Source of the DNA: an uncultured Acidimicrobiia bacterium
GTDB taxonomy: Bacteria; Actinomycetota; Acidimicrobiia; Acidimicrobiales; AC-14
DNA: 64,000 nucleotides
Assembly: GCA_963836205.1 (NCBI GenBank)
Contig: CAWIIV010000006.1
Location: 288,001-352,000 of the forward strand
Reading direction: 5' to 3'
In this document: piece by piece, positions 56,901-64,000 of the stretch
Layout of the letters: every line of letters starts with the position of its first letter
Numbering within the stretch: position 1 is the stretch's first letter
Made by a program: the position numbers and the translations under genes
The notes under the pieces: generated by a model
Told to the model about the DNA's origin: nothing
Seen by the model: only the letters and a program-made list of their open reading frames with translations
Database searches by the model: none

Positions 56901-57689
56901 GTGCTCCGTCGCCGCCTGATCCCCAAACTCCAACTACGCTGTACCAGTCACGGCGCCGGCACCCGGATGGTGCTGGTGACGACGATCGGCTTCAGGGACG
57001 TGATCGAAATCGGTGATCCCGTCTCACAGGCCAAGATCTATCAGGCCCAGGCGGCCGACGAGCTCATCTTCCTCGACCTAGACGCCTGGCGGGACGGCCG
57101 TTCGACGCTACTCGGCATCGTCCGCACCGCGGCTGAGGAGGTCTTCATGCCTTTCACCGTCGGAGGCGGTGTTCGAAGTCTCGAGGACTTTCGATTGCTG
57201 CTGTCCAACGGTGCCGACAAGGTGAGCGTGAATACCGCTGCCGTCGAGGACCCTAACCTGATTGCCCGGGCGTCCGATGCCTACGGCGCCCAGTGCGTCG
57301 TGCTCAGCATCGACGTGGGCTGGGACCCCGAGCTCGGTTACCAGGTCTGGACCCGGGGTGGAACCGTTCGCACGAACCTCGACCCCGTGGCCTGGGCTGT
57401 CGAGGGCGAGCGTCGCGGGGCAGGCGAGATCCTGCTCACATCGATCGACCGCGACGGCTCCCGTCGTGGACTCGATCTCGATGTGACCCGCGGGGTGACC
57501 GAGGCCGTCGGCATCCCCGTCATCGCCTCTGGCGGGTGCGGCGCCGCCTCGCATTTCGTCGACGGATTCCTCGTCGGTGGTGCGGACGCAGTTGCATCGG
57601 GCACGTACTTCTGCTTCCGGGATGAGAACCCGATGCAAACGAGGTCGCAGATCAAGAACGCCGGCATCCCCATTCGACTCCACACATGA
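56901..57689 (+). CDS. HisF-like (WbuZ/AglZ-type) TIM-barrel ammonia-channel protein
   Basis: RLIPKL, GDPV, DELIFLD, PFTVGGG, GADKVSVN, GAGEILLTSIDRDG, IASGG. Confidence 0.9.
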   Translation: MLRRRLIPKLQLRCTSHGAGTRMVLVTTIGFRDVIEIGDPVSQAKIYQAQAADELIFLDLDAWRDGRSTLLGIVRTAAEEVFMPFTVGGGVRSLEDFRLLLSNGADKVSVNTAAVEDPNLIARASDAYGAQCVVLSIDVGWDPELGYQVWTRGGTVRTNLDPVAWAVEGERRGAGEILLTSIDRDGSRRGLDLDVTRGVTEAVGIPVIASGGCGAASHFVDGFLVGGADAVASGTYFCFRDENPMQTRSQIKNAGIPIRLHT

Positions 57690-58237
57690 TCGGCCCGCCG
57701 ATTGAGGGCCAACGGTTGGTCCTCCGGGACATGGTGGCCAGCGACGCTTCCGGCGCCTATCTGGGATGGATGAATGATTCCGGAGTGACGAGGTTTCTCG
57801 AGAGCAGATTCGCTTCCTACTCCGAACGTGACCTCGTGTCCTACATCACTGCGATGCGCTCCCATGCCGATATCCGGTTCCTAGCGATCCTTGTCCGCGA
57901 CACACAACGACACATTGGGAATGTCAAGCTTGGACCCATCGAGCGTCCCCACGGAAGGGCCGATATCGGGATCCTTATCGGGCAGCGCGAATGCTGGGGG
58001 CGTGGCTATGCCAGTGAGGCTGTTTCGATGGTGGCGGACTGGGCATTCGCCGAGCTTGCCCTGTCCAAGCTGACCGCCGGCGCCTACGCCAACAACGTCG
58101 GCTCTATCCGGGCCTTCGTCCGGGCGGGTTTTGAGATCGAGGCGATTCGTCAACGCCACTACCGATGCGGCGACGAACTGGTCGACGGTGTCCTGCTTTC
58201 TATGTTCGCGCCGGAGCCCGACAACGGCGGCGCCTGA
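57686..58237 (+). CDS. GNAT (RimJ/RimL-like) N-acyltransferase
   Basis: YLGWMND..V..FLE, HIGNVKLGPI, IGILIG...WGRGYASEA, NVGSIRAF. Confidence 0.87.
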   Translation: MIGPPIEGQRLVLRDMVASDASGAYLGWMNDSGVTRFLESRFASYSERDLVSYITAMRSHADIRFLAILVRDTQRHIGNVKLGPIERPHGRADIGILIGQRECWGRGYASEAVSMVADWAFAELALSKLTAGAYANNVGSIRAFVRAGFEIEAIRQRHYRCGDELVDGVLLSMFAPEPDNGGA

Positions 58238-58508
58238 TTGAGTCGGCCGGAGTCGAAGCCGCTTATACCGACCTCGCTCGCGCAGACCATGAGCCTGCGA
58301 ACGCCGTGGGATGGCATGGCGGTGGAGCGAAGCATCGGCTCGCTGGAGTGCCGGCTGACGGGGCCGGGGTCACGGCAACTGCGTGTCGGCCTCATGCCTG
58401 TCGGACGGCGAGGTCGGGGATTGCGGATCGGGTTTACCGTTGTGCGTCGTCCGCTTGGGCTGCGGGGCAGCAGGCTCGCCGGCCGGCGAGGCCTGACAGT
58501 GGCAGTTT

Positions 58509-58731
58509 GAGCCTCCACCAGCTTGTCGAGCGTGGACTGTCCTCGAGTCGGTGGCGATCTACACATGCGGGAGGTGGCAGCCGAGCTCGAGCTCCCGCGT
58601 CCTCCTCTTCAGCGGGGGCAAGGACTCGCTGGTGCTGCTGCGGCTGGCCGAGAATACCTCCGGCCGCCAAGTTCCCTTTCCCGATCATGCACATCGACAT
58701 CGGCCACAACCTCCCCGAGGCGTTGGTCTAA
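58509..58731 (+). pseudogene. cysD: Decayed 5' fragment of sulfate adenylyltransferase subunit 2
   Basis: Collinear motifs in three different frames: MREVAAELE / LLFSGGKDSLVLLRLAE / FPFPIMHIDIGHNLPE then stop. Confidence 0.8.
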
Positions 58732-58792
58732 GTGCTCGTCGCCTGAAGTGCTGGGCGGCTCAGCTGCGATCCTCTCTTACACCCGACAACGG

Positions 58793-60486
58793 TCAACCGT
58801 CGTCAGGGCGAGCTCCCGGGCCCCGCCGATGACCTCTGCTCGACGACGATGCCAGGCCGCCGGCCCCGTTCTTGGCCCCTTTGTTCTTCGCGGCCCCGTT
58901 TCTTGCGGCCTGGTTCTTGGCGGCCCCGTTCCTCTCGAATCTTCCACGGCTCGGTGGCGTCTCTGACTCGTAGCGGTAGCCGTAGCCATACCTAGCGTCC
59001 GCCTCGACACCGTTCAGGACAGCTCCGACCAGGGGGCCGTCGACCTGGCGTACTTTTGCGATGGCGGTGGCGGCGTCCTTGCGGGTGGTCTTGCTGGCGG
59101 AGAAAACCATCAGGGTGGCGTCGACGTGCCGGAACATGACCAGCGCGTCGGTCACGGGGAGCACGGGCGGTGAGTCGATGAGAACGATGTCGGCCTCGCC
59201 GGCGAGGGCCGAGAAGACGTCGCCGGCCCGTTGGGACGAGAGCAGCTCTGAGGGATTCGGTGGCATCGGGCCCGACGCCAGCAGCCGAAGGCGGGGGATC
59301 CCAGGGACGGCTTGGAGCGCAGCCGAGACCGGGCGCTCACCAAGAAGGGTCGAAGTGAACCCGACCGCGTTCGACAATCCGAAGAAATCGTGGATGCGGG
59401 GCCGACGCAGGTCGCAGCACACGATGACCACCCGCTTACCCGCCATCGCCATGGTTACAGCCAGGTTGGCTAGGGTAGTGGTCTTGCCCTCGCTGGCGTT
59501 GGCGCTGGTGACCTGGACCAGGCGCATGGGGTGGTCGATGGCTATGAAGTCGATGGCCGTACGCAGGGCGCGGTACGCCTCTGCCGCCGCCGACTGCGAC
59601 GCCGCCGCCGCCACGACCCTGGTGCTGCCCTTCGCCTTCCAGCCGCTCACCTCGGGGATCTCGCCGATAATTGGAATCGCGCCCGTGACCCGCTCCAGCT
59701 CCTCACGACTCTTGATCGTGTCGTCGAGGTACTCGACCAGGAAGGCAAGGCCGACGCCCAGCAGGGAACCGACGACCACAGCCAACACACCGTTGCGGAG
59801 CGGCGTCGGCTTGATGGGTGAGGCGGGCACGGTTGCAGAGCGGACGAACTCGGCACCGCCGGTGATGAGTGCGCTCGTCACCTGCAGCTGGTCGAGGGTG
59901 TTTTGAAACAGCGACTGCTGCTGGACCAGGGCCTGCCGCTGTGACCTGAGCTGTGTTCGGATCGCCTCCCGAGGCTGTCGATCTGGTCTTGGAGGAGGTC
60001 GATCTTGGATCGGACCTCCTTCTGGGCGGCAAGAGAGTCGTCGACCCCCTGCTGGCGCCGGTTGGCGATGTAGGCATCGACGTAGGCGTTGGCCACGGCA
60101 GCAGCCCGTTCGGGATCGGCACTTTCAGCGATGATCTCGACCACCGCAGTGTTTCCCACCGGCCGAACCGTGACGGAAGGGGCCGAACCCAGCCGGCGAC
60201 GTACCTCGTCGCGGACAGGGTCGCCCTTGACCACCTCGATCTCGGTGGCGACGAACTGTGCGGTCTCGTTGCCCTGCTGGTTGGTGGCGTCGAACGGCGA
60301 GAGGCCTGGGCGGGGTTGGATGCGCATCCTCGCAGCAGCCGCGTACACCGGTGTCTGCAGGAACGAAACGAGCAAAGCCAGACCCAAGACGACCGCCAGG
60401 GTCACGGCGATGACGGCGCGACGGCGCCGCAGGACCTGCAGGTAGTCGCGAAGCTCTAGTTCTTCGTCGGACGGCTCATCGAGCAC
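58793..60486 (-). CDS. wzc: Wzc-like polysaccharide co-polymerase/tyrosine autokinase, frame break near 59970
   Basis: ELRDYLQVLRRR Wzz-like N-terminus; AEAYRALRT, SEGKTT, DLRRP, PPNPSELL, DSPP, YGYGYRY Tyr cluster; the downstream frame reads REAIRTQLRSQRQALVQQQ back to about 59972. Confidence 0.88.
58862..58932 (-). repeat. Imperfect short repeats encoding (R/K)NGAAKN in the Wzc C-terminal tail
   Basis: RNGAAKNQAARNGAAKNKGAKNGAG. Confidence 0.7.
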
Positions 60487-60540
60487 CCCGCGAGGCTACT
60501 GGCTCAGGTCGACCCGGGCATCACCGCGATGAGACGCCAG

Positions 60541-62403
60541 TCACCCCTCCAGCCAATCAGTGGTGTCGACCGCCTCGATCGTCGACAAGTAAGCCATGCT
60601 CCCGACAAGGGCGGCCGCGTCGTCCATGGGGTCGAGGGCTTTCGCCTCCACGGGGTCGAGCGGAGGCACGGGGACCTGGGAGATCAGCGGATGGGTTGGG
60701 CGGAGGTCGACTTCGCCCTTGGCCAGCAGGATCTCGTGGAGCTTCTCGCCTGGCCGAAGCCCGGTGAACTCGATCTTCACCTTGCGCGGAGACCGGGCCG
60801 ACACCAGCCGTGCCACCTCGGCGATCGACACCGGCTTGCCCATATCGAGCACCATCGCCTCTCCCGGCCGACCGACGGCCCCGGCCTGGATCACCAACTG
60901 CACCGCCTCCTCGACGGTCATGAAGTAGCGGGTGACGTCCGGATGGGTGACGGTGATCGGCCCGCCCCGCTCCACCTGCGCCTGAAACGTGGTCAGCACC
61001 GAGCCCCGGCTGCCGAGCACGTTCCCGAAGCGCACGCTCAGGTAGGCGGCTCCGGTGATCTCCGAGTAGTGGCTGGTGAGGCGCTCGGTGATGCGCTTCG
61101 AGTACCCCAGGACGCTGCAGGGGTCGGCGGCCTTGTCGGTGGAGATGTTCACGAATCGCCGTACCCCCACCTCGGCCGCCAACTCGAGCAAACTGAGGGT
61201 GGCGAGGATGTTCGTCTTCACCGCCTCCGCCGGGTAGCGCTCGAGCATCACCAGGTGCTTCAGTGCGGCTGCGTGGAACACCACCTCGGGCCGGTGCTCC
61301 TCCAGAACCGCCCGCAGGGCCGGTCGGTCGCGGATGTCGACGAGGACGAGGTCGGGCGAGTCGAGCAGGGCCCGACCCTCGATCGACAACTGCACCGCGT
61401 GCAGGGCCGACTCGTCGCGGTCGACCATCACCAGGTGGGCCGGCGCGAATCGGTAGAGCTGCCGGCACAGCTCGGACCCGATCGAGCCCCCGGCACCCGT
61501 CACCATCACCCGCTTGCCGCTGATGTAGCCGGCGATCGCCTCGATGTCGGTCTTGATCTCGTGCCGACCGAGAAGGTCGGCGGTGGTGACGTCGCGGATG
61601 TCGTCGACCTCGACCCGTCCCTCGAAGAGCTCCCTCACTGGAGGGAGGACCTTCACCGCCAATCCCGCCTGGAGGGCGAGCTCGCTCATCTCGGTTACCA
61701 GGTCGGCAGTCGCACTGGGAACGGCGATGAGCAAGGTGTCGGCGCCGGTGACCGCCGCCACGTCGGCCAGCCGAGAGCGGGTGCCAAGTACGGGCACGCC
61801 CATGATGCGCAACTTGCGCTTCGAGAGGTCGTCGTCGAGCAGTCCGACGGGCAGGAAGCCACTCGTCGGGTCCTTCAGCAGTTGCGGTACGACCTGCGCC
61901 CCGCCTTCGCCCGCCCCGAACACCAGCAGCCGGTGTATGTCGTCCCCACACGGCCGGCGCCGGCGGTCCATGGCCAGCCGCCAGGTGTAACGGATGCCAC
62001 CCATGAGCAGCATCGCCACGAGGCCGGCTACGACAGGGACGGTAAGGGGGACGAGGCGCGGGCTCGTGATGGCGTTGGCCGACGCGACAAGCACGGTCGT
62101 CAGTCCAACTGCCTTGGCCAGAGATGCGACCTCGTCGAAGCTTCCGAAGCGGGACCGGCCGGTGTAGGTGCCGAAGGCGACGCCAGCGAACGCCTGGGAC
62201 GCCACCGCCGCCGGCACGAGGAAGAGGAGGCCGCCGAACTTGCCGCTGGCGTCGACCAGCTCGTAGCGCAGCATGATGGCCGCGACCAGGGCGAAAGCCC
62301 ATGCGGCGGCGTCGAGGAGGCCTTGTATCAGCGCCCGATGGCGACCCAGGCCGACGAAAAGGCGGTTCCCGTCCGGCTCCTCGTCACGACCCCGGGTCGT
62401 CAT
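60541..62403 (-). CDS. Membrane-bound UDP-GlcNAc 4,6-dehydratase (PglF/WbpM/CapD family)
   Basis: Four N-terminal TM helices, FGAGEGG, DLLGR, TGAGGSIGSEL, HAAALKH, STDKA, RFGNVLGSRGSV, GLRPGEKLHE. Confidence 0.94.
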   Translation of the reverse strand: MTTRGRDEEPDGNRLFVGLGRHRALIQGLLDAAAWAFALVAAIMLRYELVDASGKFGGLLFLVPAAVASQAFAGVAFGTYTGRSRFGSFDEVASLAKAVGLTTVLVASANAITSPRLVPLTVPVVAGLVAMLLMGGIRYTWRLAMDRRRRPCGDDIHRLLVFGAGEGGAQVVPQLLKDPTSGFLPVGLLDDDLSKRKLRIMGVPVLGTRSRLADVAAVTGADTLLIAVPSATADLVTEMSELALQAGLAVKVLPPVRELFEGRVEVDDIRDVTTADLLGRHEIKTDIEAIAGYISGKRVMVTGAGGSIGSELCRQLYRFAPAHLVMVDRDESALHAVQLSIEGRALLDSPDLVLVDIRDRPALRAVLEEHRPEVVFHAAALKHLVMLERYPAEAVKTNILATLSLLELAAEVGVRRFVNISTDKAADPCSVLGYSKRITERLTSHYSEITGAAYLSVRFGNVLGSRGSVLTTFQAQVERGGPITVTHPDVTRYFMTVEEAVQLVIQAGAVGRPGEAMVLDMGKPVSIAEVARLVSARSPRKVKIEFTGLRPGEKLHEILLAKGEVDLRPTHPLISQVPVPPLDPVEAKALDPMDDAAALVGSMAYLSTIEAVDTTDWLEG

Positions 62404-62589
62404 GCCATCCCGACCATGGATATCCCTTCACCGCTGCCCCTGGACGTTTTGGGGCGGACGCAGCCTAACCGCGGCGCCCGCCCACGCGTGGATCATCTGT
62501 GAAATCGCCGAGAAGGCGGCTATTCCTATGCGCCCGAGGTCGTCGAGTTCGCCGCCCGCCTCAAGCGGACGCACCGACCTGCATCGCCG

Positions 62590-63366
62590 TCATAGGACCT
62601 CACCTTGATGGATCCCCGTGGCCTCTGGTATGCCGTTCGACCCGGGGGCGAGGGGGTCATCGTTCACACGTCGGCGCTGATCGAGAGAAAGGCCGTCGGG
62701 GGCCGTGGAGGTATCCTGTCGATCGCCCGGGGAGGGGGCAGGCCCGTCGTCGGACCGCTCCCCAGCCGACGCGTTGGTCGACTGCCAAGCCGGGCGCTTA
62801 CCCAGCTGTTCCCAGATCTGGGCGGAGCGGGGCGAGGGCGCGGTCCGGCGCGACTCGAGAAGTCCGACCAGATCGGCCTGCACCTGGCTCACCTTGTCGA
62901 TCCCGGCGCGAATGTCAGGCAAGTCGGCGACAGTGCGGTCAAGCTCGCCAACGGCATCGGCGATCGAACGGAGATCCGAGGCGATCGCGTCGACAGCTGC
63001 TCGAAGCGAAGACAGGGTGTCGTCGCTCTCAGCGCGAGCGCGCTCGGCGCCCTGGAAAATTGTGTACACAGCCTTCAGCTGTCGGCCCAACGTCGCGACA
63101 GAAACCACCACATCCTCGAGTGATGCGGCGGTGTCCGGCTCTACTGTTTCCGCCACCGTTGGGTGCACCACCAGCGCCGATCCGCTTCTGATGCCACGGT
63201 GCGGGGCATGGGTTCGAGGCCCTGCCGCCCAGACCTCCTTGCACCCCGCGTACCGACCGGCACACTCGGTCCCGCAGACGTCGCAGCGACACGACGTACG
63301 GCCGGCCGCCATCGGCTGGCCGCAGGCGTCGTGGATACGCACTCCAAACTCGGCACACCATCCCAC
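62590..63366 (-). CDS. Cys-rich N-terminal domain + coiled-coil protein (paralog B)
   Basis: VGWCAEFGVRIHDACGQPMAAGRTSCRCDVCGTECAGRYAGCKEVWAAGP followed by a heptad-like helical region. Confidence 0.8.
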   Translation of the reverse strand: MGWCAEFGVRIHDACGQPMAAGRTSCRCDVCGTECAGRYAGCKEVWAAGPRTHAPHRGIRSGSALVVHPTVAETVEPDTAASLEDVVVSVATLGRQLKAVYTIFQGAERARAESDDTLSSLRAAVDAIASDLRSIADAVGELDRTVADLPDIRAGIDKVSQVQADLVGLLESRRTAPSPRSAQIWEQLGKRPAWQSTNASAGERSDDGPAPSPGDRQDTSTAPDGLSLDQRRRVNDDPLAPGSNGIPEATGIHQGEVL

Positions 63367-63612
63367 GTCGCGTTACTCCTCGGATATTCCAGTCATTCGG
63401 CCAGCGCGCAACCTGCTCAGGCGGCGAGTATTAGGGGCCGATCCCGCAGATCCGTCATTGTAGACAGCGGGCGGGGGTCACCGACAGGGCGCCGACCCCT
63501 CACTCTGCCGACGAGACCGCGCGACGGCTGGTAGGCGAGCCCACGTCGCGGCCGGGCCCACCCTGTCTGCTTCACTCGGATTTAGAGCACCCGGCCGGTA
63601 GGATCGACGGGA

Positions 63613-64000
63613 ATGGGATGGTGCCGCGACTTCGGCTCGCAGATTGCGGAGGGATGCGACCACCCGATGCAGGCCGACTCCGATTCCTGCCACTGCGAGC
63701 GGTGCGGGGTTGTCTGCACGGGCAGGTTCGAGGCCTGCCCGGCGGTGTGGGCCCAGGGCCCGCAGCCCGTCGTGATCACCTTGACCTCAGCAGACGCCCT
63801 GTTGGACGGTCCCAGGTTCGAGAGCCAGATCACCAACGGTCATCAGACGCTCGAATCGGGGGCCACCAACCCGCCCTCCACGGCCACCCCCGCCGCCCCC
63901 GCGAATGCGCCGCCCGAGACCACGGCTCCCGCCGGCGCTACCGGTGCCGAGGTCTTGCGTTCGTACGAGAGCGCGTTCGATGAGCTCCGCCTGGAAGTCA
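63613..64000 (+). CDS. Cys-rich N-terminal domain protein (paralog C), 3' end outside window
   Basis: Not in the ORF track; hand translation MGWCRDFGSQIAEGCDHPMQADSDSCHCERCGVVCTGRFEACPAVWAQGP...P/A/T linker...EVLRSYESAFDELRLEV, open to the window end. Confidence 0.82.
   Translation, partial: MGWCRDFGSQIAEGCDHPMQADSDSCHCERCGVVCTGRFEACPAVWAQGPQPVVITLTSADALLDGPRFESQITNGHQTLESGATNPPSTATPAAPANAPPETTAPAGATGAEVLRSYESAFDELRLEV

Noticed and set aside
56288-57689. hisH/hisF as histidine biosynthesis genes
   Set aside because: Adjacent to an N-acetyl sugar amidotransferase with no other his genes; typical glycan-cluster paralogs.

Overview
High-GC bacterial DNA, most likely Actinomycetota and probably Acidimicrobiia (inferred from codon usage and gene content, not proven). 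Bases 1-12.9 kb are housekeeping: a B12-dependent acyl-CoA mutase large subunit (cut by the window edge), a PPi-type phosphofructokinase, an M23 peptidase, a 2H phosphoesterase, a DUF559/AbiEi-like gene and the full F1Fo ATP synthase operon (atpD carries a 1-nt frameshift). From about 16 to 62.4 kb lies a mosaic surface-glycan island. It holds a Wzx/Wzy/Wzc-type system with a WecA/WbpL-like initiator and a PglF/WbpM-like dehydratase, a complete pseudaminic-acid pathway (pseB, C, G-H fusion, I, F), and many tailoring enzymes: class III aminotransferase plus oxidoreductase, amidotransferase-HisH-HisF triad, carbamoyltransferase, PIG-L deacetylase, methyltransferases, a 2OG-Fe dioxygenase, and SGNH and alpha/beta hydrolases. 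Three large secreted modular proteins sit inside the island (trypsin-PPC-RTX, 4x Kelch-FN3, thermolysin-6x Calx-beta), plus a decayed cysD fragment. The most novel-looking signal is three paralogous genes bracketing the island (13132 +, 63366 -, 63613 +). They share an ungapped 50-aa N-terminal Cys7/His domain that I cannot assign to a known family, followed by a linker and a predicted coiled coil. No rRNA, tRNA, CRISPR array or transposase was recognised. At least three genes show frame breaks that may be assembly errors.
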